Shown: positions 17,301-26,213 of the stretch, piece by piece | Layout of the letters: the number at the start of each line of letters is the position of its first letter | Numbering within the stretch: position 1 is the first letter of the stretch | DNA from: a virus | DNA: 64,000 nt | Virus record (IMG/VR): IMGVR_UViG_3300020583_000015 | Location: 5,668 to 69,667 of that record | Strand: one strand, 5' to 3' | Translations under genes and position numbers: made by a program | Notes under the pieces: model-generated | Databases searched by the model: none | Told to the model about the DNA's origin: nothing | What the model saw: the letters and a program-made list of their open reading frames with translations, nothing else

Positions 17301-18630
17301 CTACCGCATAGGCATCCTGAAGGTATCCGCCCTGGCGATAGAGGATTTTGTGCGTGATGTCGTTCTTGGAACTGACGGTTGTGTTGGTATCGCTAACAAT
17401 CATCGCACCGGCTTGAATCTGGAAGCGTGTGGAGGCAGGGCTCGGCGCACTCTCCCCAACTTTGTTTCCGTTTGAGTCAAGCTTCGCGTAGGTCTGCCAA
17501 TAGGCGATCCCAACATTTGGATCGTGAAGTGGGTGAACTGTGTCACCACTAACGATCCAATTCGTTAGCTTAACTGTCACTGGCCCTGTAGCTTGGATCA
17601 CCACCCTCGCTGCTTGAATGTTTGTCCAGTCAACAGGAGCAGCCGCGATGTTGACAAGAAAGAAGTTTGGTTGTTGGGTGGCCCAGGTGTTAGCGCTGTT
17701 GCGGGCTCCGCTGAGGCCTGACGCGCCGTTGATGGTTGAGGCAGCATCATTTAGCATCTGACGGCGGGTCTGCAAGTCAATGTTTGTGCTGGAGCCCGTC
17801 CCTATGCTGACTTGATTTGCGATGAGCTGAGATGCGAGAGCAAAGCTCGTACCAAAATTTTCTGTGCTAGGTAGCTCCGTATGAAAATAGTTGGTATAGG
17901 AGTTGTCTCCAATGCTATAGTCACAACTGACGTTAGTAACAACATTGGGATTGTCAAAAGACAACTGCAAGCTGTAGATGCCGTATTGACCAATAGTGTT
18001 GAAACCGTTGGTGTTGAGATTTGTTTGGAGTAGGATGGCATCGAATTGGATGGCATTGGTGACAGCGTCGCTGGAGGCTGTTGCGGTTGTGGTGTTGGTT
18101 GCGCTGCCGTTAGTGAAGGAGCCTTCACTACAAGTCCAAGCGGTTGAGACTTTGATTGGAGGACGGGTGCTGACAGCTAGGGTTGGCGCTCCAGGCGGGG
18201 CGAGCTTCACCCAGTCAGTGGTTTGGGTGCCGTCGTCTTTGATGGCTCCGCCAACAGTGCCATTTGGTAGGTATGCGTATTGTCGGTAGCTACACATAAA
18301 GCCACCATTGACGCCACCTGTAGCGATAGCTGTCCACACGCCACCAGTTCCGGAGTAGACTTTTGTTGCGTTGTCAATCACATAGAATGGATTGCTATTG
18401 ATTGAGAACTGCTGGTTGTAGTTGCGGTAGATGTCAGTGATGATGCTAGTAGTGTCAGTGCTGACAACGCTGAAGACAGTCCACCCTCGGCGAGCTTCAG
18501 CTGCTCCACGCTCCAGGGTGAAGTCGATGTTGGTGGCAGCTGCGACTTCGTTAGAGGCAACTAGGTGCGGGGAGGCCTGGGCGTTGACCCCTCCGCCAAA
18601 ATCCATCTGAACTGTGCGAGAGATGGCCAC
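14335..18630 (-). CDS. Tail nozzle / stabilisation protein (T7 gp12 / P22 gp10-like) with C-terminal tandem domain repeats
   Basis: DFGGGVN..NIDF..G...RRG N-terminus, GESAPSP, RIFI..LQWS.P..PD.F propeller motifs; about 95-aa repeats near the C-terminus. Confidence 0.8.
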   Translation of the reverse strand: MAISRTVQMDFGGGVNAQASPHLVASNEVAAATNIDFTLERGAAEARRGWTVFSVVSTDTTSIITDIYRNYNQQFSINSNPFYVIDNATKVYSGTGGVWTAIATGGVNGGFMCSYRQYAYLPNGTVGGAIKDDGTQTTDWVKLAPPGAPTLAVSTRPPIKVSTAWTCSEGSFTNGSATNTTTATASSDAVTNAIQFDAILLQTNLNTNGFNTIGQYGIYSLQLSFDNPNVVTNVSCDYSIGDNSYTNYFHTELPSTENFGTSFALASQLIANQVSIGTGSSTNIDLQTRRQMLNDAASTINGASGLSGARNSANTWATQQPNFFLVNIAAAPVDWTNIQAARVVIQATGPVTVKLTNWIVSGDTVHPLHDPNVGIAYWQTYAKLDSNGNKVGESAPSPASTRFQIQAGAMIVSDTNTTVSSKNDITHKILYRQGGYLQDAYAVATYTVTQNVYVDGLDDISALSQNFILQNNVLSSANFPGNSVVADQAYFDRIFISNGQNVLQWSLPAQPDLFPFDSFATISNFGDNIQKLIVWMPVMIIVNDNSVYEMVGTIFEGPNSDFSIVRTGCRQGSIAHNSIIKTPYGIFLVNYNGLSLYNPGQGIDTPITWAMEKMADAWRGNLSTDPAALKGNRIPAINIGNIYLSCAAYNDQKIYFGVPTGSSTYPNTLFVLDFRTQQIQSYTYGFSFASLFWDWVGNTLLAGTTDGRIVQIEHGTTDNGSNIQWNFTTRQWTSPNDAVLENALIEYKGSGGTALAILDNTSTITLGTLTSSVRTWTPAAFLGTVANNVQFQFVGNRGTSSAEASIYQVQFDAIVEPAHVQYWKADYEVKEQAGEFLFDAFYADLQILGSGNVLATAFVDGVALGTTTYSGPTAGRHVFVNAYPPETYGRVSHIIYQSTASPSTFFKPWNFAFDARPEPPRVNYFKTDIQSQEEQICDAVDIDVNPNGTLTSTVFLNNVAVGTYTSTGSLRQSYSFALPNEEYARTIYAIHNGTAFKHYKTWWHLRPEPDRWTNFVSDRTVAQHAWGSVSHEAIWDAFDVDINCFGNVVLATAFVDTVAVSTATITGSGRQSYAFALPNDTFGRVGYVVYNAQSGYFKHYGTWYTYRPEPDRLSNYVSDRSGEKEFFWHHFECEIAPLGATVLATAVIDNVGVATYTITGSNRQSYAFSLPIDLYGRTVYGTYNCVGTGKFKHYKTWFEGDQEPDRLAQVQLDKLIFPSEHYLKTWIAELNPLGTCTGVLYANDVQIAVATFTGTTRQSYRVGLDVDTTMRIQQGYRLATIYTAVGAGVPLLKHYNTSFDTLPKPFGKNTWAVFYQKIGGASQLDIGRFWSIDLELDPNQGTATVTSIWDVDGYPLSTNTLIFGQLREWRDRIPFPPGMRGYLFRQRLISNVPIEIWRSSIDTLRTGVKGLSRVTTDGVIDGKQPLISEKD
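14400..16470 (-). repeat. Six to seven tandem ~95-aa domain repeats within the nozzle protein
   Basis: Recurrent VLATAFVD.V...T.TG..RQSY.F.LP...YGR..Y...FKHY.TW...PEPDR; boundaries approximate. Confidence 0.85.
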
Positions 18631-19403
18631 TATCGAAACCTCAATCCAGTCCTCACGTTCCCACCCTGTGCTCCAGTAAAGGTATCGCCAGGTCGCATGC
18701 GTCGGATGTTGTGAGATTGTTGGTTGCGAAGTCGCACTCGAAGTTCGTTGATGCTTTCTAAGGCCATTTTGTTTAGGGTGTCAGCAAGCTCAGGCAGGGT
18801 GTTCTCCAACAGTATGGCTGCGCTGTAGTACGCAAGCGCACGTTTATAGAGCCTTGCAGCTGCTGGCACATCTTGGAAGCTAGGACTAAACTCACAAGGC
18901 CATCCAATCCCTACCATCAAAAACCGATAGGTTGCATCTGGCGATGGGAACGGCCTGACATGCCCCACATCCCACAGCACCAGGTGCTTTGGGAAAGCCG
19001 GGAACTGTTCTTTCCAATCCCGAAGCCATTCTTCAAGTTGGGCGTGGGTTGTAAAGAAGTACCGATTGTATCCGAGGCTTACCCCATTCACAACGTTTGA
19101 AGGATTCGTTCCAAGATAGTACTGCGGAATCATCAGGCTTGACGGAATGGGTGTGATATCCGCGCCTTGCGTCAGCGTCAGGGTTGCTGTGGTTGTAGCG
19201 AACTTTATCTCCCCAAACAAAAAGATCTGGGCCTCATTCATCGCGTCATACACTTGTTGGTCAGTCCAAAAGGTTCCGCCGGTTGGCTCATCAACAAGCG
19301 TCCGCACAAGCTGAAAGACTGTGAGGTTGCTGTTGGTAGTAACAACCGTTGGGCCTTGGTTAAAGCCCCCACGATTCCACCCAAACTGATTGAAGCCGCC
19401 CAT
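18630..19403 (-). CDS. Head-tail adaptor protein (paralog 2)
   Basis: VRTLVDEP....WTDQQVYDAMNEAQ, W......P.....W....RPFPSPD, ALAYY pattern of podoviral adaptor proteins. Confidence 0.7.
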   Translation of the reverse strand: MGGFNQFGWNRGGFNQGPTVVTTNSNLTVFQLVRTLVDEPTGGTFWTDQQVYDAMNEAQIFLFGEIKFATTTATLTLTQGADITPIPSSLMIPQYYLGTNPSNVVNGVSLGYNRYFFTTHAQLEEWLRDWKEQFPAFPKHLVLWDVGHVRPFPSPDATYRFLMVGIGWPCEFSPSFQDVPAAARLYKRALAYYSAAILLENTLPELADTLNKMALESINELRVRLRNQQSHNIRRMRPGDTFTGAQGGNVRTGLRFR

Positions 19404-19412
19404 TGTCGAGGC

Positions 19413-21503
19413 CTACTTTAAGTAAAGCTTTCCGCCCAACACACGCCCCACTAACGGAACGTTTTGAGTGGAGGTGATTGTGTTACCGATTGTTGTGCCT
19501 GCGGTGAAGACCACAGCCCCATCGGTTGTGATGATCTCTAGCCGTCGGCCTTCGTACAGGCCTGTGATTGTTCCGACACCTGTGGTGCCAGTCACCTTGA
19601 AAAGTGTGTAGCCTGGAGTAAGACTGATGCTTGAGGCACTCGCGACAGTCTGCGGCACATTGTCAGCACCGTTGTTGTTTTCAATTACCCCTGATGCTGG
19701 TGTTGCAGTGAAGTGAAACCCAGCAGTCGAATAGTTACCAAAGTTATTGCCAGTCACTGTCAGGTTTGGAATCGCTGCTGTGAATTCTATATCGTATGTT
19801 GGAGTTGCACCAAGACCTACATACCAGTTGTTGTTTGTAAAGGTCATGATGTTTCCAGCAGCGATCGTCATGCTTGCGATGCCGTTGGAGGTGTTAATGA
19901 TGTTGTTGTTGGAGAACACCAGGCTTGTAGCTTGGCCGGTATCCCCAGCTCCGTCAAAAATCTTCGTGCTTCCAAGATTCACAAACCGACTGTTGGAGAT
20001 CTGAAGACCCGCAACAGTCACCAGAAACCTAAACACTGGGTTTGTGTTTGAGCCACTGTTAGAGATGCTGGAAGCGTCTATGTTGATGTTGGTAGGCAGG
20101 AGTGTGCCTCCAAACTTAAAGGCCGGGCCACCCGTCCAAGAATCAATCTGAAGATCCACCCAAGAAGTCAAATCAGAAAGACACCCTGTACAGCTCGGCA
20201 CAGAATAAAGAATCTGGGCGCTAGTGACTGGTCCACCAATCAGCGTCCGGTTGAAGAACGCGCCGTTTGTGAAGCCAAGAAGAATTATTTCTCCGGGGGT
20301 GTAGCTAACAGTGTAGAGGCCTCCGGCTTGGGCGATGATGTAATTAAACAAATCACTTGTGCCTTGGAATCCAATAAGCGCAGCGTTGGCCGCGCCCTCC
20401 ACGGAAATGTTATCCATGTAGATGGTGGAACAATTGCCGAGGGTCGCCCCGTTAATGCAGCCGGTTGTGGCAGAAGTTGTGCCAAGGGTGTTGACTCCAT
20501 TCCAGTTGTGACGAAGCCAGAGGTTTGTAAGATAGACTGCAGACGACCCATACACTCCAATCGTGTCACCATTAGAGGGAAGCGTACTGTAGCCGTTTAC
20601 TCGGTAAACGCCAAAGTCCTTTAGTGTGACGTTGTTTAGGCCGTTGATGGTAATTACATTACCGCTATTGAAGTCAGCCTGAATAAAGCTTACGCCCTCA
20701 CCAAGCCCAAGAAGTGAACTGCTGCTGAATGGGATTGTAAGGTTTGCTTTAGTATGAGTGATGCCTGCTGGCAATACACAAGACCCAAGCGTGCCTCCAG
20801 ACTCAAGGCACTCAAAGATTCCACCTGATCCACTAGTAAGTGTCCAACTTCCACTGTGGCTAAAGGTAGGAGTAAAGATGACTGTGCCAGTTCCGATTGA
20901 AGCACAAGTACCGCCTTGAATCAGCACCGCTTCGGCCGTCCCGACTCCATTCGATACATACAAATAATGCCCAGTATCGCTACCGTTGACGCCTGTTGGA
21001 CAGGGGTTCATTGTGACTGTTGCTCCAACTCCGCCTGTCAGTGTGCCGCCTGGGGTTTGGGCGGGGAAGTTGTAGATCGAGGCTGTGAACGGGCTGGTTG
21101 TGAGGATGTTTGTTTCGATTGCTTTGATTTCAGCAGCAGCTTGATTGTGATAGCCTGCGACAATAAAGAAGTTGACAGCAGTTCCGTTAGAGTGAGAGGC
21201 AGCAGCCGTGCCATCAAAACCCCTTCCGTTAGGACATATCCCAAACGAAGTAGAGGTCTTGGTGCATGCCAAAAGTATCTCACTATCAATACTAAGTGCA
21301 GTAGGAACTAAGATGCCTGCAGTCGTAACGACATTGATTGTTGTGTCGCCGCCTGCTACCGACGCGCTAAGGTTTGTAATGACGTTGTTGGAGGCAACCA
21401 TCAGGTCTGTATCGGTTGCGGCCCGTCCAGGAAACACAGCGGTCTTGGGGTTCTGGGCAAATGCAGCCCCCACCAACATCAGCGCTAATAGTAGTTTTTT
21501 CAT
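19413..21503 (-). CDS. Tailspike-like beta-helix protein with N-terminal signal peptide
   Basis: AAAGGA RBS; MKKLLLALMLVGAAFA|Q; fibre-anchor domain (RGFDGTAAASH..EIKAIE); LPAG..LLGLGEG pectate-lyase-like start and Asn-ladder beta-helix repeats. Confidence 0.75.
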   Translation of the reverse strand: MKKLLLALMLVGAAFAQNPKTAVFPGRAATDTDLMVASNNVITNLSASVAGGDTTINVVTTAGILVPTALSIDSEILLACTKTSTSFGICPNGRGFDGTAAASHSNGTAVNFFIVAGYHNQAAAEIKAIETNILTTSPFTASIYNFPAQTPGGTLTGGVGATVTMNPCPTGVNGSDTGHYLYVSNGVGTAEAVLIQGGTCASIGTGTVIFTPTFSHSGSWTLTSGSGGIFECLESGGTLGSCVLPAGITHTKANLTIPFSSSSLLGLGEGVSFIQADFNSGNVITINGLNNVTLKDFGVYRVNGYSTLPSNGDTIGVYGSSAVYLTNLWLRHNWNGVNTLGTTSATTGCINGATLGNCSTIYMDNISVEGAANAALIGFQGTSDLFNYIIAQAGGLYTVSYTPGEIILLGFTNGAFFNRTLIGGPVTSAQILYSVPSCTGCLSDLTSWVDLQIDSWTGGPAFKFGGTLLPTNINIDASSISNSGSNTNPVFRFLVTVAGLQISNSRFVNLGSTKIFDGAGDTGQATSLVFSNNNIINTSNGIASMTIAAGNIMTFTNNNWYVGLGATPTYDIEFTAAIPNLTVTGNNFGNYSTAGFHFTATPASGVIENNNGADNVPQTVASASSISLTPGYTLFKVTGTTGVGTITGLYEGRRLEIITTDGAVVFTAGTTIGNTITSTQNVPLVGRVLGGKLYLK

Positions 21504-21665
21504 CTTAGTCCTTTGCGAGCAACAGCCCAATCAACGCAATCACCGCTAACACATTATCAGGGGAAGCAAAAAAGTGCGAGGGGTGTGTCGCCAGCAGCGT
21601 CAGCCCTGTGATACCAGCAATCGAAGTGACACGATTCTTAAGGATTCGGTCGAGAATATTTTTGA

Positions 21666-22508
21666 TCATGGGATTAGCGGGGTTTTTGGATTGAGGATGT
21701 TGCCTTCATAGTTGTTGCCGAATCCACCAAGGTTGACTGGCTTCAGATGGGGTGCCCGATCACTAAAGATGTTTGCCTTCAGCGCGTGGTAACGAATACA
21801 CTGCGCAAGGAACTTTTGCTTTCGCTTCATTGCCTTCGCGATATCCTGGTTAGGACCAGCACGAAGATAAGCACGATAAGTGCAGTAGTTATTGACACTG
21901 TATTTTGTCCAGGCAGGCACAGCCATAAGGTCTGTGTCAGCAATCAGGTTTAGGACCTTCGGATATTCAAATACCGCTGTGCCAGTATTGATAGGAGGCG
22001 GATAGAGGCTACATCGGGTTGAATCATCCTGGTAGACAATCCGGGGCTCATACATATCAAAGACGCTACGCCACTGATGACGCAGAATGTCAAGCTCTTC
22101 AATGCTGCGTCCCACAAGCCTCCGACTGTAGGGTTGAGTTGGGCTACTCCAATACACCGCATCCAGCCTCATCATGTTTGGGTCGATTGCAGCTAACGCG
22201 ATAGTTGATGTGCCTGAGCCGAGTGTGACTGTCGCTGTGCCCCACACAAACTCAAACCGCTCTTGAAGTTCATCTTGCCAGTCCTGGATGTAGTTGTTGA
22301 GTTCTGTGTCTGTCCACCAACGTCCGGTTGTGGTAGAGGTGGTGGTGACGTAGATGCCTGTGTCAAGCAACTCCCTCCGCACCATATTCCGAAGCGTCAC
22401 AAGATTAAACGGATAGTTAACTGTTTGACATCCACCAACACCACCGTCATCAAAAAGCGGTGCGTCAAAAACACTAGAATCAAAGATTCCTGTGGGTTGG
22501 GTGGACAT
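21666..22508 (-). CDS. Head-tail adaptor protein (paralog 1)
   Basis: LRNMVRREL..WWTDTELNNYIQD.Q, LYPPP, YCTYRAYL pattern; similar to 18630-19403. Confidence 0.7.
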   Translation of the reverse strand: MSTQPTGIFDSSVFDAPLFDDGGVGGCQTVNYPFNLVTLRNMVRRELLDTGIYVTTTSTTTGRWWTDTELNNYIQDWQDELQERFEFVWGTATVTLGSGTSTIALAAIDPNMMRLDAVYWSSPTQPYSRRLVGRSIEELDILRHQWRSVFDMYEPRIVYQDDSTRCSLYPPPINTGTAVFEYPKVLNLIADTDLMAVPAWTKYSVNNYCTYRAYLRAGPNQDIAKAMKRKQKFLAQCIRYHALKANIFSDRAPHLKPVNLGGFGNNYEGNILNPKTPLIP

Positions 22509-22563
22509 GGCTAGACAAATCCAATTATAACAAACTTGGCTAGCGGGGCGGGCTTAGGACGGC

Positions 22564-24063
22564 TTAGATAAGTTGGGTTGAGAAATGTCGCCCCATGACT
22601 TCTTCAAGTCGGGTGATGAGACGTTCGCCTTGAATTGCACCCATCGCACACCGGGGGCCGCTTGCAACTACAACTCCTTCGGGATTCAGGATCTGTGTAC
22701 AAGGACAACTCTCAGGTGTGTAGTGGAGCTGATGACACGGATAGCATGGCGCAAGCTCCACGTCAGGCGCAAGGCAATAGTCGTTTTTCCAGTTTGCGCA
22801 AAGATTCTGGTGGGTGCTGTGGCTTAGCAGCGGGATCTTTGGCGTGTCAAAACATCCCGCTGCGTTGATCACTACACTCTCCACCCCCACCACACACTGC
22901 ACAAACTTCGTCAGCGCTAGAGTATGTCGTAGCGTTTGGGCCCCCGCCCGGGGAATGAGCTGGGGGTGTTGGAACTCCATGCAATTAGCTCGGGCGTCTC
23001 CGACGGTAATGATTCGGGCTTTGGGGTTTCGGTCAAGGAACTCTGTGACAACTGGTTGGAAGATCCCATAAACTTTATGGTAGCTACTACCATTGAGCGC
23101 CCAGAGGATGTTGTAAGAGCCTCCAAACTGCTTGAGAAAGTCTTTCGCGGCTCGCTCTTCTGCAGGGCTGAAATACAACTCTCCGCGCGATCCAACAACG
23201 TCTGAGTACCCTCCGAGTCGGAGAGTGAAATCATAATAATTGTGGCTTCCGCATTGGGCGCGACGCCACTCGCTTGTGGTGTAGAACTCCCTACGGCCTT
23301 CGACTTTGAGAAGCGAGCCTTCGCAGCTTTCGCTGAGGTTGATGTATTTGTCATAGTGTGGTCTCCAAAAATCCCAGTACTCACTAAGATCGATGTTTGG
23401 GATTGCGTCCTTTTCCTGCAACAGGAGGTTATCTACAAACGGGTTGTACTCCACAACCGGAGCGCTGTAGTTGGTGATGTTGAGGGTGACGTGGTAGCCA
23501 TCCTCGTGAAGCCTTCGAAGGAGTGGTGTGAGGATAATCATATCCCCAAGCGCACCATATCGGCACACGCACGCGCGAGGGCGAACATCAGCTGAAGGTT
23601 TGACTTCTATGCCTTTGGGCCCGTTCTTCTTTTTGTAGACTTGAACAAAATATCCCTCCTCGTGTTCAAGCTCCAACACCTTACGCCAGCTGCCTTTTGT
23701 AGCGATTCGCTCTTGCATGGTGGTGGGTGTTAGGATCGAGTCAGTCTTTTGAAGACTAATCAGATAGCCTCCAACCTTCAGCTTACTGACCGCCTCCGCT
23801 AGGTAGCCTGAGGGGTTGTCCTGCAGAAACAGCCGGTCTCCTACAAACACATAGTCAAAATAATTCTGAGCAAACGCCGCTAGATCCGCTGCGCACACAC
23901 TGATTTTTGGGTGGGGGGTGCTGTCTGCGTAAGCAGCAAACACATTGAGGGCTGTTGCGTTAGTGGGGAAGATCTCCTGGTTAGCGGTCGCTACTAGACC
24001 CTTTCCCCTCAAATAACAAACTGACGCGAAACGTGCCCATTTAGAGACATTTCCGAGCGCCAT
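22564..24063 (-). CDS. GT9 (ADP-heptose heptosyltransferase-like) glycosyltransferase with an N-terminal methyltransferase-like domain
   Basis: RYGALGDMIILTPLLRRL, NPFVD, GSSYHKVY, VVGVES.V.NAA, PCYPC are GT9/RfaF motifs. N-terminal FDYVF..LKVGGYL resembles a class-I SAM-MTase fragment. Confidence 0.85.
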   Translation of the reverse strand: MALGNVSKWARFASVCYLRGKGLVATANQEIFPTNATALNVFAAYADSTPHPKISVCAADLAAFAQNYFDYVFVGDRLFLQDNPSGYLAEAVSKLKVGGYLISLQKTDSILTPTTMQERIATKGSWRKVLELEHEEGYFVQVYKKKNGPKGIEVKPSADVRPRACVCRYGALGDMIILTPLLRRLHEDGYHVTLNITNYSAPVVEYNPFVDNLLLQEKDAIPNIDLSEYWDFWRPHYDKYINLSESCEGSLLKVEGRREFYTTSEWRRAQCGSHNYYDFTLRLGGYSDVVGSRGELYFSPAEERAAKDFLKQFGGSYNILWALNGSSYHKVYGIFQPVVTEFLDRNPKARIITVGDARANCMEFQHPQLIPRAGAQTLRHTLALTKFVQCVVGVESVVINAAGCFDTPKIPLLSHSTHQNLCANWKNDYCLAPDVELAPCYPCHQLHYTPESCPCTQILNPEGVVVASGPRCAMGAIQGERLITRLEEVMGRHFSTQLI

Positions 24064-24069
24064 TGAATG

Positions 24070-24525
24070 TTAACCGTTCTCTTCGAATGCCTCGTCAGCT
24101 GCGGTTTCGTAGTCACGTTTGATGGTGACATTAAAGTGTCCGCCTTCTTTGACACGCCGAGATTTGCCTGCGTGAGGTTTCATACAGGCGTCCAGGTGGT
24201 TTGAGTGGAATGGGAGTTGCTTGTCACAGATCTCACAGCGGAAGTCCACCGCCTCAAGACCCGCCTCTGCGAGCTGATCCCAAAGCTTCACAGGCTTATC
24301 GCTTCGCCGAAGGCTCAGCATAATTCCGCCTCCACAAGCTGCAGCATGTCGCGCGATTGCTTCTGCGCTGAGCGTCAGCCTGGTGTGGCAGGACGGATCT
24401 ACTTTGTGGTAGGGAGGGTAGGCCTGGCAAAGAATCTCAGTCGGATAGAAATTCTTCAGTGCTTCCCATTTTGTTCGGCTCCGCTGGGGAGTCTGAGGTG
24501 TGTTGGTTTGAGTTGGTGCGGGCAT
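24070..24525 (-). CDS. Hypothetical Cys/His-rich (possible Zn-binding) protein
   Basis: C..C and H motifs (FRCEICD, HLDACMKPH). Confidence 0.6.
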   Translation of the reverse strand: MPAPTQTNTPQTPQRSRTKWEALKNFYPTEILCQAYPPYHKVDPSCHTRLTLSAEAIARHAAACGGGIMLSLRRSDKPVKLWDQLAEAGLEAVDFRCEICDKQLPFHSNHLDACMKPHAGKSRRVKEGGHFNVTIKRDYETAADEAFEENG

Positions 24526-24551
24526 AATCGTCTAGAAAGCGTTTGTTACAC

Positions 24552-24599
24552 CACAGGGGGAGCTAGGAGAGGAGGTCAGGTGGGACTAACTCCCCTGTG
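24552..24599 (-). terminator. Stem-loop downstream of the capsid operon (terminator or processing site)
   Basis: CACAGGGG(G)A ... TCCCCTGTG inverted repeat; no strong U tract. Confidence 0.4.
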
Positions 24600-24631
24600 G
24601 CAGATTGGCGCGACCCTAAGGCCGCAAACCT

Positions 24632-24805
24632 TTAACTACGACATCCTGTTGGCCAACAGCTTGGCGGCGCAGGAGGCCTTGGGGCAGGAGGAAGAGGTTG
24701 GGGTTCAGTCCAACATTCCGGAGGACAATACGGATCAGGCGGCCACATTGGACCATCCGCAAAAGCCCCCGCTGCAAGCAGCCCTACCCACAACAACCGA
24801 CGCAT
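24632..24805 (-). CDS. 57-aa secreted Pro/Cys-rich peptide (below the ORF-track cutoff)
   Basis: Hand translation MRRLLWVGLLAAGAFA|DGPMWPPDPYCPPECWTEPQPLPPAPRPPAPPSCWPTGCRS; TAATG coupling to the upstream gene. Confidence 0.7.
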   Translation of the reverse strand: MRRLLWVGLLAAGAFADGPMWPPDPYCPPECWTEPQPLPPAPRPPAPPSCWPTGCRS

Positions 24806-25230
24806 TAGGTTGGCTGCTCCTGCTCTTCGAAGTAGATGTTGTAAGAACCAAATACTCCGTTAGCGCTGGACGTGCCAGTGCCAACCACGTTGACTGTCGG
24901 ACCAGCGTTCGCGCTGAAAGTCGCGCTCGCAAGTGTCATTACACCTGTCAACACCTGCCCAGCAGTACAGCTGGCAAGCGCAACAGTAGCGAAGGTTGAA
25001 GTGCCATTCAGAAAGACAGCTGCAAGCGTTCCGTTAGTGGAGTTAGCCGCAACTGTACAAATCATCCTGACGTTGTTGATGACGGTCTTACGGAAGTACT
25101 GCGGAAGCTGACACACCGCGCTGGATGTGACAACCGCTCCGTTAGAGCCGTAAGTGCCAGTTCCAAGATTCGTGCCAAAGGCGATCGCCTGGCAAGGCCG
25201 GTCGTAAAACTTTTGATCAGAATAAGCCAT
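24805..25230 (-). CDS. Putative capsid decoration/cement protein
   Basis: Directly after the major capsid gene; beta-rich, Thr/Gly/Ala-rich; AAGGAG RBS. Confidence 0.6.
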   Translation of the reverse strand: MAYSDQKFYDRPCQAIAFGTNLGTGTYGSNGAVVTSSAVCQLPQYFRKTVINNVRMICTVAANSTNGTLAAVFLNGTSTFATVALASCTAGQVLTGVMTLASATFSANAGPTVNVVGTGTSSANGVFGSYNIYFEEQEQPT

Positions 25231-25241
25231 ATTTGTTCTCC

Positions 25242-26189
25242 TTAGGCACTCGTCACGTACACGATGTGTTGCTCAGAGTCGACTGTGAAATTCCATACAA
25301 TCTTGAACCCAAGCAACGCATACCATGCAATTCCAAGATCACGACCGTAGTCAAGGGAGACTTTGATTCGGATCTCCTCGGGCACGCTTACTGCCTCGTA
25401 CACATTGTCAGAACCAAAGAACACGCCCTGACCATAGCTGGAGGCATTACCGATGGTGTTGCTGAAGAAACCAGTCTCTTCAACAAACCTCGTGTGGTAG
25501 TAGGTCCCAAGCTCACCGTTGAAGATGTTGGGAGCAAACGTCACAGTGTATTTGCTGACGTCAACCCAACCCCCTGCAGCAGTGTCGCTGAACATTCCGC
25601 TTAAGAAGGTAACACTCCCTATGCAGGCGTAGGTGTTACCGATGCGCGGAACCAGCTTTTTCTTCATGAAGTCCACAATCTGACGGGTGTTGCTACCTGT
25701 CAGGTTGGACGTAGCAACCGCTGTCGCAGTGCCGTTGGTTGTGAAGATTGTGTTGCCAGACGCGCTCAGAACCGCCACAAACTCTGTGGCTGTGAAAGCC
25801 GTGCCAGCCGCTGACTCCAGCACTTTCACCTGGTCATCCTTCAGCTTACGTTCTGTGACAGGTTCAATCTCAAACTGTCCCAACGTCTGAAGTTTCCCAG
25901 TAAAAGGCACGCTGTTACCGTACTCTGTAATGGAGCCAGTCCCTTGGTTCGTTACAAAGTTGGTCTCAGGAATGGTGTTTGTTTCGACGAGGGTTCCACC
26001 CTGAGTCGCAACGTTACCAGCTTTATCAAACAGCCAAGTGTCGCCTCGGCCTTTACCAACAGCTTCTCGCACATCAAGAAACTGCCGGAAACGGAACTCT
26101 GGCTGAGCCACAAACCGGATCTTTTGGGAAAGATACGGCGCGGTCCAGTTTCCGCCCAGAGTACTGATACTATATACTTGTCCAGGCAT
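25242..26189 (-). CDS. Major capsid protein (N4 gp56-like, HK97 fold)
   Basis: F.FRQF, GKG.GDT..F, ITEYGN, IFNGELG.Y...RFVE, FFG...EA, DYGR..GIAWY pattern; follows the scaffold gene. Confidence 0.9.
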   Translation of the reverse strand: MPGQVYSISTLGGNWTAPYLSQKIRFVAQPEFRFRQFLDVREAVGKGRGDTWLFDKAGNVATQGGTLVETNTIPETNFVTNQGTGSITEYGNSVPFTGKLQTLGQFEIEPVTERKLKDDQVKVLESAAGTAFTATEFVAVLSASGNTIFTTNGTATAVATSNLTGSNTRQIVDFMKKKLVPRIGNTYACIGSVTFLSGMFSDTAAGGWVDVSKYTVTFAPNIFNGELGTYYHTRFVEETGFFSNTIGNASSYGQGVFFGSDNVYEAVSVPEEIRIKVSLDYGRDLGIAWYALLGFKIVWNFTVDSEQHIVYVTSA

Positions 26190-26213
26190 TGTTCGGTACC
26201 TTCGTTAGTGTCG

